Part shown: piece after piece, positions 1 through 7,957 of the stretch
How the letters are laid out: each line of letters opens with the position of its first letter
Position numbering within the stretch: position 1 is the first letter of the stretch
Origin: a bacterium
Lineage (GTDB): Bacteria; JADJOY01
Reading direction: 5' to 3'
Length of the DNA stretch: 41,795 nt
Assembly: GCA_046331705.1 (NCBI GenBank)
Contig: JAXLQJ010000061.1
Location: 1-41,795 of the forward strand
Notes under the pieces: generated by a model
Seen by the model: the letters and a program-made list of their open reading frames with translations, nothing else
The model's database searches: none
What the model was told of the DNA's origin: nothing
Program-made: the position numbers and the translations under genes

Positions 1-1
1 C

Positions 2-277
2 TTCCGCTTCGTCCGCGAACATCCGCCCTCGGGAGGCGAAGAGATTGAGCAAGGTCGCGGGTCCGCACAGCGACCCGTTGCGCTGCCAGCGCAGCATCCG
101 GCTGTATTCGCGGGCCACGGGCAGCGACCACGCCCGCTCCAGCAGCGCGGGGTCGCGGATGACGGCGTGAGCGATCGCCTCGGCAGGGACCTTGGGCGGA
201 CCTGAGACCAGGGGTGGGCCGCAGCCGGTCCACAGGGCGACGACCGCCAACACCTTCCACACGGATGGGCATCGCAT
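2..277 (-). CDS. Phytochelatin synthase-like / papain-fold cysteine peptidase, probable lipoprotein (partial, runs off window start)
   Basis: Absent from the ORF track. Manual translation from ATG 277: MRCPSVWKVLAVVALWTGCGPP...LLERAWSLPVAREYSRMLRWQRNGSLCGPATLLNLF. Has the Q-x5-CGPA catalytic motif of PCS/C39-like enzymes and a hydrophobic N-terminus ending LWTGC. Confidence 0.65.
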   Translation of the reverse strand, partial: MRCPSVWKVLAVVALWTGCGPPLVSGPPKVPAEAIAHAVIRDPALLERAWSLPVAREYSRMLRWQRNGSLCGPATLLNLFASRGRMFADEAE

Positions 278-641
278 GGCGCGCACTCTAGCCCTGAAGT
301 GAGGCGAAGCGCCTGGGTCCGGACTCGGTGAGGTTTCTCGGGGAGCTTTCCGAGCCCCCGCGCCGCGAGAGATGCGGCTCTCGCGCGGCCCCACCCGAGC
401 GGGCTCGCGCAGCTCGCCGTCGCGCCGCGGGCGCGTGAAGTCCTCGCGTGCGGATTCTCGTGGGATTCATCGACGCGCTCCGTTCAGGTCCAGCGCGTGC
501 GAGCCGTGAGCCGATTGCCGGATTTCGCCACGGAGCCGACGGAGTGGCGCACGAGCGCAATCGCCACGTTCGGCCGGCAATGCGGCACCCGGTCCGGACC
601 CACCGCGTTGTCGAGCTTGCCAACAGCGTCGGGTGACGGGA

Positions 642-658
642 CGTGGGGAATCACCACA
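642..658. promoter_or_regulatory. Putative upstream activator site 1 for a sigma54 activator
   Basis: CGTGGGGAATCACCACA, an imperfect copy of the palindrome at 746-762. Confidence 0.55.
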
Positions 659-744
659 CCCCCCCCGCGCTCGTCGATTCCGCTCCAAATCTCATGATCT
701 CAGGGCGTTGCGCCGGATCGCGGCGGAGCGCGCCAGCGCGGCGT

Positions 745-763
745 CTGTGGGGATTTCCCACAG
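745..763. promoter_or_regulatory. Putative upstream activator site 2 (palindrome)
   Basis: CTGTGGG-GATTT-CCCACAG, 7-bp perfect arms, about 90-100 bp upstream of the -24 element. A degenerate copy CGTGGG-CAGGC-CCCGAC follows at 768-784. Confidence 0.65.
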
Positions 764-803
764 GCCTCGTGGGCAGGCCCCGACTCGGGGCGCCAGCACC
801 GAT

Positions 804-830
804 CTTTTTATCAGCAATATCGAATACTTA
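804..830 (+). promoter_or_regulatory. Putative IHF binding site
   Basis: TATCGAATACTTA (818-830) matches WATCAANNNNTTR with one mismatch and is preceded by a T-tract. It lies between the UAS and the sigma54 promoter, in an AT-rich island. Confidence 0.6.
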
Positions 831-845
831 AACGGGCAAACTCGA

Positions 846-863
846 TTTGGCGTGCGCCTTGCT
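846..863 (+). promoter_or_regulatory. sigma54 (-24/-12) promoter
   Basis: TTTGGCGTGCGCCTTGCT: GG(849-850)-N10-GC(861-862) in TGGC...TTGC context, about 60 bp before ATG 922. A sigma54 activator is encoded in the same locus. Confidence 0.85.
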
Positions 864-921
864 CATGGCACATCCCCAAGCCGGGCGATGACAGCCCGGC
901 CGTCGACCCGAGGAGGTTGCC

Positions 922-1602
922 ATGACCGTCGCGCTCGTTCTCGCCATCTTCGCCGCGTTCATCACCATCGACGTGATCCGCAACGCGATCGTCTCCCGCA
1001 AGCGGGTTCCCGTCCGCGTTCCCGACGCCGAGCCGGTGCCCGTGCTCGCTCCCCTCGCGCCGATCTGGGTGGCGGGCTACCAGATGCCGGAGGAGCTCCA
1101 CTACCACCGCGGTCATACCTGGGCCCAGGTGCTGCCGAACGGCCGCGCCCGGATCGGGCTCGACGACTTCGCGCGTCAGCTCGTCGGCCGCGCCACCGCC
1201 CTGCGGCTGCCCGAGCCTGGTGAGCGTGTTCGCCAGGGCGCCAACGCCTTCGGCGTGCGGGTCGGGCACCGTGCGGTTTCGTTGGTCGCTCCCCTCGATG
1301 GCCACGTGGTCGCCGTCAACCCAGCGCTCGCCGAGAACCCGGCGCTCGCGTCCGACGAGCCCTACGGCCGCGGCTGGCTGGTCGAGATCGAGCCCGCCGC
1401 CATCAAGCGTGGCCTCAACAACCTGCTCTCGGGCGGGCTCGCCCAGCGCTTCATGGAGCACGCACGCCAGCAGCTCGAGCTCGGTCTGATGGCGCTCTCC
1501 GGATCCGTGCTGCAGGACGGCGGCGTTCCGATCGCCGACTTCGCACGCGAGCTCTCCGACGAGGACTGGCAGCGGCTGACCCACGAGCTCTTGCTGGCCT
1601 GA
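922..1602 (+). CDS. Membrane-anchored glycine-cleavage-H-like protein lacking the lipoyl-lysine
   Basis: H-protein motifs YHRGHTW, RIGLDDFA, LPEPG, APLDGHVVAVN, EPYGRGWL. N-terminal TM helix, AGGAGG RBS. His116 occupies the lipoyl-Lys position. Confidence 0.85.
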   Translation: MTVALVLAIFAAFITIDVIRNAIVSRKRVPVRVPDAEPVPVLAPLAPIWVAGYQMPEELHYHRGHTWAQVLPNGRARIGLDDFARQLVGRATALRLPEPGERVRQGANAFGVRVGHRAVSLVAPLDGHVVAVNPALAENPALASDEPYGRGWLVEIEPAAIKRGLNNLLSGGLAQRFMEHARQQLELGLMALSGSVLQDGGVPIADFARELSDEDWQRLTHELLLA

Positions 1603-1639
1603 CGCACCGTACGGACCTCGACACTTCGGAGCAACGACC

Positions 1640-3604
1640 ATGACCGCCCAACCCCACGGCTTGCTGATCGACACCACGCAATGTGTCGGTTGCGGCTCCT
1701 GCGTGAACGCCTGCCTCGAAGCTCACGGCGCCACCGGCGACGCGAGCGAGATCACCGGACTCTCGGCGAACGCCCGCACCGCGCTCGTCCAACACGAGGA
1801 CGTGTGGCGCCGTCAGCTCTGCATGCACTGCGTGAACCCCTCGTGCGCGAGCGTGTGCCCCGTCGAAGCGCTGCGGAAGACCCCCGAAGGCCCGGTGGTC
1901 TACGACGAGAGCCGCTGCCTCGGCTGCCGCTACTGCATGCAGGCGTGCCCGTTCGGCGTGCCGACCTACCAGTGGCTGAGCGCCAAGCCGGCGGTGGTGA
2001 AGTGCGACTTCTGCGTCGATCGCCAAGCACGCGGCGAGCCCACCGCGTGTGCCGCGGCCTGCCCCGCGGGCGCCACCACGTTCGGCGTCCGGGAGGAGCT
2101 GATCCGCGAGGCGCACGAGCGCATCGACCAGAGCCCGGACGTCTATCAGCCCCACGTCTACGGCGAGCACGAGATCGGCGGCACCTCGGTGCTCTTCCTG
2201 TCGGCGGTCCCGTTCGAGAAGCTCGGGTTCCCGATGGGCCTCGGCGACGAGCCGCTGCCCGATCGCACCCGGCGGGCGCTGGCGCGCATCCCGGGCATCG
2301 TCACCGTGGGCGGCGCGCTGCTGTGGGGCGTGTGGTGGATCACCAATCGTCGCGAGGAGGTGGCGCTGGCGGAGGCCGAGCGTGAACGCGAACGCGCGGC
2401 GGCGCCGCCACCCGAGCCGCGTCGCCGCGGCCGCTTCCAGCTCACCTTCTGGCGCACCTTCTTCGTGCTGCTCGCCATCGCGGGCAGCGTGCTGGTGGGC
2501 ATGCGCTACGGCGCCGGGCTCGGCTCGGTCACGAACCTGAGCGACCGCGTGCCGTGGGGACTCTGGGTGGGGTTCGACGTGCTGTGCGGCGTCGGTCTCG
2601 CCGCCGGCGGATTCACGATCACCGCCATGGTGCACCTCTTCCACGCCAAGCGCTTCGAGCCGATCGTGCGACCGACGGTGCTGACGGCGTTCCTCGGCTA
2701 TCTGCTGGTGGTGGCGGCGTTGCTCCTCGACCTGGGACGGCCGTGGAACCTGTGGCATCCGCTGGTCATGTGGAATCCGCACTCGGTCATGTTCGAGGTG
2801 TCGTGGTGCGTGATGCTCTACACGACCGTGCTCAGCCTCGAGCTCTCGGGCATGGTCTTCGAGAAGCTCGGCTGGAAGCGCGCGCAGCGCTGGCAGCGCA
2901 GCGCCACGGTGCCGCTGGTGGTGACGGGCGTGCTGCTCTCGACGCTGCACCAGTCGTCGCTGGGCGCCGTGTACCTGATCGTCCCCGGCAAGCTGCACCC
3001 GCTCTGGTACAGCCCCAACCTGCCGTGGATCTTCTACGTCTCGTCGATCTGTGTCGGCCTCGCGATGGTGGTGGTCGAGTCGCGGTTCTCGTCGCGCGCC
3101 TTTGGACGCGAGCTCGAGGTGGAGCTGGTGAGCGAGATCGGCCGCATCCTGGTGGCGGTGCTGGCGGTCTACGCGGCGCTGCGCTTCTTCGACCTGACCT
3201 CGCGCGGCGTGCTGGTGCAAGCCTTCACCGGTAGCTACGAAGCGCGCATGTTCTGGGTGGAGATCGCGCTCGGGCTGTTGATCCCGTCGGCCTTGCTCAG
3301 CACGCCCGCCGGGCGCCGCAGCCCGCGCTTGCTCTACGCGGCGTGCTTGTCCGTGGTGCTGGGATTCGTCGCCAACCGGCTCAACGTGAGCATCACGGGG
3401 TTCGAGGGCCACGAGGGACACTACATCCCCGCGTGGTCGGAGATCCTGATCAGCGTGATGCTGGTCGGCGTCGGCTTCGCCGGCTTCGCCGCCGCGGCGC
3501 GCGTGCTGCCGGTGTTCGGCCCGATCGCCCGCGGTGAGCGCGCCGCCTCGGCAGCGGCGGGCGCGCCGCCGGCGCTGCCTCCGGCCGTCGGCGGAATGGT
3601 GTGA
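1640..3604 (+). CDS. Fused 4x[4Fe-4S] ferredoxin (HybA/FdnH/HmcB-like) + NrfD-family membrane subunit (HybB/HmcC-like)
   Basis: Cys motifs CVGCGSCVNAC, CMHCVNPSCASVC, CLGCRYCMQAC, CDFC..PTACAAAC; YGEHEIGGT; one TM helix; then PWGLWVGFD, DLGRPW, SVMFEV, STLHQSSLG, ANRLNV and multiple TM helices. Confidence 0.88.
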   Translation: MTAQPHGLLIDTTQCVGCGSCVNACLEAHGATGDASEITGLSANARTALVQHEDVWRRQLCMHCVNPSCASVCPVEALRKTPEGPVVYDESRCLGCRYCMQACPFGVPTYQWLSAKPAVVKCDFCVDRQARGEPTACAAACPAGATTFGVREELIREAHERIDQSPDVYQPHVYGEHEIGGTSVLFLSAVPFEKLGFPMGLGDEPLPDRTRRALARIPGIVTVGGALLWGVWWITNRREEVALAEAERERERAAAPPPEPRRRGRFQLTFWRTFFVLLAIAGSVLVGMRYGAGLGSVTNLSDRVPWGLWVGFDVLCGVGLAAGGFTITAMVHLFHAKRFEPIVRPTVLTAFLGYLLVVAALLLDLGRPWNLWHPLVMWNPHSVMFEVSWCVMLYTTVLSLELSGMVFEKLGWKRAQRWQRSATVPLVVTGVLLSTLHQSSLGAVYLIVPGKLHPLWYSPNLPWIFYVSSICVGLAMVVVESRFSSRAFGRELEVELVSEIGRILVAVLAVYAALRFFDLTSRGVLVQAFTGSYEARMFWVEIALGLLIPSALLSTPAGRRSPRLLYAACLSVVLGFVANRLNVSITGFEGHEGHYIPAWSEILISVMLVGVGFAGFAAAARVLPVFGPIARGERAASAAAGAPPALPPAVGGMV

Positions 3605-3632
3605 CGACGGCTCGCGTTCTCGCAGCACGCTC

Positions 3633-3670
3633 GGCGCCGGCCCCCCAGAGCTCGGGGAGCCGGCGCCTTC
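3633..3670 (+). terminator. GC-rich hairpin after the HybAB-like gene (possible weak terminator or processing site)
   Basis: GGCGCCGGC...GCCGGCGCC outer arms with a CCCC/GGGG inner stem, followed only by TTC (no strong U-tract). Confidence 0.3.
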
Positions 3671-3771
3671 GCCGCTGCCGCGCGCGGGCCGTCGCGGTCC
3701 CGAAGGCGCTGTCGCGCTCTCGGACCATCTGCTAACTCGTCAACCCGCTCGTCTCGGACATCCTCCCTGTC

Positions 3772-5415
3772 ATGCCTCTCGCCACGCTTCGCGAAGCGCT
3801 CACCCGCCGGCTCGGCTTCCGGTTGGGTCTCTTCCTGGTGCTCGGCAGCGTCGCGATCCTGGGAGTGATCGGGGTGTGGAACGTGGCGCTCCACCGGCGC
3901 CAGCTCACCCATCTGGTCGAGGTGCAGGCCACCCAGCTCGCTGGCGTCGTGCGTCGCTCCACCCACGAGGCGATGCTGCGCAACGACTCCCGCGCCTTGC
4001 GCGGGATGGTGGATGCGCTGGCCAGTGAGAAGGACGTCCAGCGCATCCGGGTGTTCGACAAGCAAGGCCGCATCAGCATCTCGACCGAGCGCACCGAAGA
4101 GGGGCAGCCGGTCGACATGGACGCCGAGCAATGCGTCTCGTGCCACGGCGCGGGACGGCCCCTCGAGCGGCTGACGATCCGCGAGCGCACGCGGATCTTC
4201 GGCCCCGCGGGCCGCCGCGTGCTCGGCGTCATCGCACCCGTCCAGAACGAGCCGGCGTGCTCGAACGCCTCCTGCCACGCCCATCCGCCCGAGAAGACCA
4301 TCCTCGGAGTGCTCGACGTGCAGCTCTCCCTCGACGAGGTCGACGCGAGCGTCGCCGCATCCGAGCGCCAGCTGGTGTTCGCGCTCTCGCTCACCGCGCT
4401 GCTGCTGCTCGGCCTGAGCGGCGTGGTCACGTGGCGCTTGGTGCTCAAGCCCGTCCACCAGCTCACCAGCGCGGCACCGCTGGTCGCGGCCGCGGACTTC
4501 TCGGTGCGCGTTCCTTCGCTGGGCCACGACGAGATCGGCAAGCTCGTCGACGCCTGGAACGCGATGGTCGAGGACCTGGGCGAGACGCATGCGCGCCTCG
4601 CCGACGCGAATCGCACGCTCGAGGAACGGATCGCGGCGAAGACCCAGGCGCTCGAGAAAGCGCATCGCCAGATGGTGCTGGTGGAGAAGATGGCGTCGCT
4701 CGGCAAGCTCGCGGCGGTGGTCGCCCACGAGATCAACAATCCGCTCGCCGGCGTGGTGACCTACGCGCGGCTCCTGCGCCGGCGGCACGGCGAGGACCCC
4801 GTCGCGGCGAGCAAGCTCGCGGGGCCCGACACCGAGCGGATCCTGGAGCTGATCGAGAGCGAGACCGTGCGCTGCGGCAACATCGTGCGCAACCTCCTGC
4901 TCTTCAGCCGCGCGCCGACCGCCCACTTCGCGTCGGCCGACGTCAAGCAGCTGCTCGAGCGTTGCGCGCTTCTGGTCGGACATCGCCTCGAGCTGCAGGA
5001 GCTCACGCTCGAGACGCGGATCGCGCCGGAGCTGCCGGCGATCGTGTGCGATGCGGCGCAATGCCAGCAGGTGATGCTGGCGTTGCTCATGAATGCCATC
5101 GACGCCACGCCACCGGGCGGGCGCATCACGCTCGCCGCGGCCCCGCGGGGAGATGGCGGCGTGCGCCTCGAGGTGGCCGATACCGGCCGCGGGATCCCGC
5201 CCGAGGTGCTGCCGCGGATCTTCGAGCCGTTCTTCACCACCAAGGAAGCGGGCGCGGGAGTGGGCCTCGGCCTGGCGGTGGTGTACGGAATCGTGGAACG
5301 GCACCACGGCCTGATCGACGTGGTCTCGGCGCCCGGCGAAGGAGCTAAGTTCATCGTCGAGCTACCCGCCGATCCGCGCGCGGCGCCCTCTCCCGACCCA
5401 TCCCCGAAGGCGTGA
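3772..5415 (+). CDS. Sensor histidine kinase with periplasmic c-type heme motifs, HAMP, HisKA and HATPase domains
   Basis: Two TM helices flank CVSCH and CSNASCH. HAMP (DEIGKL), H-box AHEINNPL, N-box NAIDA, DTGRG, FEPFFTTK, GVGLGL. Confidence 0.92.
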   Translation: MPLATLREALTRRLGFRLGLFLVLGSVAILGVIGVWNVALHRRQLTHLVEVQATQLAGVVRRSTHEAMLRNDSRALRGMVDALASEKDVQRIRVFDKQGRISISTERTEEGQPVDMDAEQCVSCHGAGRPLERLTIRERTRIFGPAGRRVLGVIAPVQNEPACSNASCHAHPPEKTILGVLDVQLSLDEVDASVAASERQLVFALSLTALLLLGLSGVVTWRLVLKPVHQLTSAAPLVAAADFSVRVPSLGHDEIGKLVDAWNAMVEDLGETHARLADANRTLEERIAAKTQALEKAHRQMVLVEKMASLGKLAAVVAHEINNPLAGVVTYARLLRRRHGEDPVAASKLAGPDTERILELIESETVRCGNIVRNLLLFSRAPTAHFASADVKQLLERCALLVGHRLELQELTLETRIAPELPAIVCDAAQCQQVMLALLMNAIDATPPGGRITLAAAPRGDGGVRLEVADTGRGIPPEVLPRIFEPFFTTKEAGAGVGLGLAVVYGIVERHHGLIDVVSAPGEGAKFIVELPADPRAAPSPDPSPKA

Positions 5416-5420
5416 GAGCC

Positions 5421-6800
5421 ATGAGCGAGACCGACCGACGCCGTCCCCCTTCGATCCTGATCGTCGACGACGAGACCATCGTCCGGCAGTCGCTCGCGGA
5501 CTGGTTCCGCCAGGACGGTTACGACGTGCAGACCGCGCAGAACGGCAAGGAAGCGCTGCGGCTGCTCGCGGATCGCCCCGCCGACATCGCGTTCGTCGAC
5601 ATCAAGATGCCCGGGATGGATGGCCTCACGTTGCAGGGCCGCCTGGCGGAGGCACAGCCGGATCTCACGGTCATCGTGATGACGGCGTACGCGTCCGTGG
5701 AATCGGCGGTGACCGCGCTCAAGGCGGGGGCGTACGACTACATCACCAAGCCGTTCGATCCCGAGGAGCTCTCGCTCCTGGTGCGGCGCGCTGCCGAGCA
5801 CCGCTCGCTGCGCACCGAGAACCAGCGCTTGAAGGAGCAGCTCGAGGCGGTGGTGTCGCCGGCGCCGATCGTGAGCCGCTCGGCGGCGATGGCGCGGGTG
5901 AAGGAGATGATCGCGGCGGTGGCCGAGTCGGACGCCACCGTGCTGGTGCGCGGCGAGTCGGGAACGGGCAAGGAGCTGATCGCGCGGGCGATCCATGCGC
6001 GCTCGGCGCGCCGCTACGGGCCGCTGGTGGTCGTGAACTGCGGCGCGCTCGCCGAAGGGGTGCTCGAGAGCGAGCTCTTCGGTCACGAGAAGGGGGCGTT
6101 CACGGGCGCGCAGCACCGTCACAAGGGCAAGTTCGAGCTCGCCGACGGCGGCACGATCTTCCTGGACGAGATCGGCACGGTCTCGCCGCGGATGCAGGTC
6201 GAGCTGCTGCGCGTCCTCGAGGAGAAGACGGTGACCCGCGTGGGTGGCCAGCAGCCGGTCGCGCTCGACTTCCGGGTGATCGCCGCGACCAATCAGGACC
6301 TCGACGCGATGGTGAAGGCCGGCCAGCTCCGCGAGGACCTCTACTGGCGATTGCACGTGTTCGTGATCGAGATCCCGCGGCTCGCCGAGCGACGCGAGGA
6401 CGTGGTGCCGCTCGCCGAGCATTTCGTGGATCACTACGCGCGCGCCATGAACCGCGGGCCGGTGAAGCTCTCGGCGGCGGCGCGCGAGGCGCTCGAGAGC
6501 TACGACTGGCCGGGAAACGTGCGCGAGCTGCAAAACGCCATCGAGCGCGCGCTGGTGCTCGGCGGCTCGCCCGAGATCCAGATCGAGGCGCTGCCGCTGC
6601 GCGTGCTCGGCACCCGCACCGAGGGCGAGCACCGCTCGCTCGCCGAGGTGGAGAAGGAGCACATCCTGCGGGTGCTCGCGGAATGCGACTGGAACATCTC
6701 TCGTTCGGCACGCGTTCTCGAGATCGATCGCGGCACGCTCTACGACAAGATCAACCGCTACGAGCTCAAGGCTCCCAGCGCGTCGGGTCGGGGCGGCTGA
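5421..6800 (+). CDS. sigma54-dependent response regulator (NtrC/AtoC/ZraR family)
   Basis: REC domain (IVDDE, DIKMPGMDG, KPF), GESGTGKE, GAFTGA, FLDEI, WPGNVRELQN, C-terminal Fis-type HTH. Start ATG 5421 or GTG 5412. Confidence 0.95.
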   Translation: MSETDRRRPPSILIVDDETIVRQSLADWFRQDGYDVQTAQNGKEALRLLADRPADIAFVDIKMPGMDGLTLQGRLAEAQPDLTVIVMTAYASVESAVTALKAGAYDYITKPFDPEELSLLVRRAAEHRSLRTENQRLKEQLEAVVSPAPIVSRSAAMARVKEMIAAVAESDATVLVRGESGTGKELIARAIHARSARRYGPLVVVNCGALAEGVLESELFGHEKGAFTGAQHRHKGKFELADGGTIFLDEIGTVSPRMQVELLRVLEEKTVTRVGGQQPVALDFRVIAATNQDLDAMVKAGQLREDLYWRLHVFVIEIPRLAERREDVVPLAEHFVDHYARAMNRGPVKLSAAAREALESYDWPGNVRELQNAIERALVLGGSPEIQIEALPLRVLGTRTEGEHRSLAEVEKEHILRVLAECDWNISRSARVLEIDRGTLYDKINRYELKAPSASGRGG

Positions 6801-6837
6801 GCCGGCGCGTCCCGCGCCGACGGCGAGACGCGCGCTC

Positions 6838-7440
6838 GTGGACCGCGTCGAGCCAGCATCTCCGCAGCACGAGTCGGCCACGGCCATTCAGCGCGTGAGC
6901 CTGGTTCCGGTCGCGCTACCGATCGAGACCGCGCAACGACTCGCTTCGCTCCTCAGCCGCCGGGTCGCCGTCCCGTGCGAGGTGAGCCCTCGTGCCGAGG
7001 TCGAGCCACCGCCCCGGCTGGGGACGCGGGCCCAGCACGACGCCGACGCGTTGCTGCGCGGGCTGGGCGCGCTCGCCATCCCGGCGCGGACGGTGGTGGT
7101 GGGCGTCACGGCGCTCGATCTCGCGATCCCGGTGTTCACCCACGTGTTCGGGCGCGCCATGCTGGGCGGACCAGCGGCGCTGATCTCGCTCGCGCGGCTC
7201 GGCCCCGAGTTCTACGGCGCGCCGCCCGATCCCACGCTCACCCTCGAACGCGGCGTCACCGAGATCCTCCACGAGCTCGGTCACGTCGCGGGGCTCGACC
7301 ATTGCGCCGACCGAGGCTGCATCATGAGCTTCGTGCCGAACGTCGAAAGCCTGGACCTGCGCGGTCGCGGCTTCTGCGTGCGCTGCGCCGAGCGCACCGC
7401 GGCGCGCGTCCCCCTCGCCCACGCGCCGGGCGCGCCGTGA
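6838..7440 (+). CDS. Archaemetzincin-family Zn metalloprotease (M54)
   Basis: HELGHVAGLDHC..GCIMSF..FCVRC: metzincin HExxHxxGxxH, Met-turn and Cys4 zinc site. Confidence 0.88.
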   Translation: MDRVEPASPQHESATAIQRVSLVPVALPIETAQRLASLLSRRVAVPCEVSPRAEVEPPPRLGTRAQHDADALLRGLGALAIPARTVVVGVTALDLAIPVFTHVFGRAMLGGPAALISLARLGPEFYGAPPDPTLTLERGVTEILHELGHVAGLDHCADRGCIMSFVPNVESLDLRGRGFCVRCAERTAARVPLAHAPGAP

Positions 7441-7494
7441 CCGCCTGTCCCACGCACGGTCGTACGGCCGCGCGCATGGCATCCTGAGCTCCCC

Positions 7495-7866
7495 GTGACC
7501 GCCGCCCCATCGCCCTTGCCGCCCCGTCGCGACCGCGAGTACCGCACCATCGCGGCGCTCATCGAGCGCTTCTGCCGCGATCATCACGCGCCCGCCGCAT
7601 CGCTCTGCGACGAGTGCGCGACCCTCACGAGCTACGCACGCAAGCGACTCGAACGCTGCCCGTACGGCGACGAGAAGCCGACCTGCGTCCACTGCCCGAT
7701 CCACTGCTACCAGCCCCGGATTCGCGAGCAGATCCGCGACGTGATGCGCTACGCGGGGCCACGGCTGCTGATCCAGCATCCGATCCTCGCGGTGCGGCAC
7801 TGGCTCGACGAGCGCAAACCCTTGCCCGAGCGTCCCCGGCGCGCGGGGACCCCCGAGCGCTCCTGA
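7495..7866 (+). CDS. ygbA: YgbA-family (nitrous-oxide/NO-stimulated promoter family) Cys-rich protein
   Basis: RE..TI....FCRDHH, LCDEC..L..YA..RL..CPYG..KPTC..CPIHCY, MRYAGPR....HP..A..H pattern. Confidence 0.88.
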   Translation: MTAAPSPLPPRRDREYRTIAALIERFCRDHHAPAASLCDECATLTSYARKRLERCPYGDEKPTCVHCPIHCYQPRIREQIRDVMRYAGPRLLIQHPILAVRHWLDERKPLPERPRRAGTPERS

Positions 7867-7957
7867 CGCATCGCGTGCAGCGGCGGAAGCGGACGCGGCA
7901 AGAGTGCCGCGTCCGATCCTCGCCTCGACCCAGCGCTCGCGGCGCGCTCGGCGCCGG

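Noticed and set aside
337-385. Two small hairpins (CTCGG..CCGAG; CGCGAGAG..CTCTCGCG) in the first intergenic region, as a possible ncRNA or riboswitch
   Set aside because: Short GC stems arise by chance at this composition, and I recognise no riboswitch consensus. An Rfam/Infernal scan would be needed.
288-831. Small ORFs in the 278-921 intergenic region
   Set aside because: No RBS or motifs, low-complexity translations, and several overlap the regulatory elements of the sigma54 promoter.
922-3604. Annotation as a true glycine cleavage system or hydrogenase-2 operon
   Set aside because: No lipoyl-Lys, no gcvT/P, and no hydrogenase large/small subunits or maturation genes in the window.
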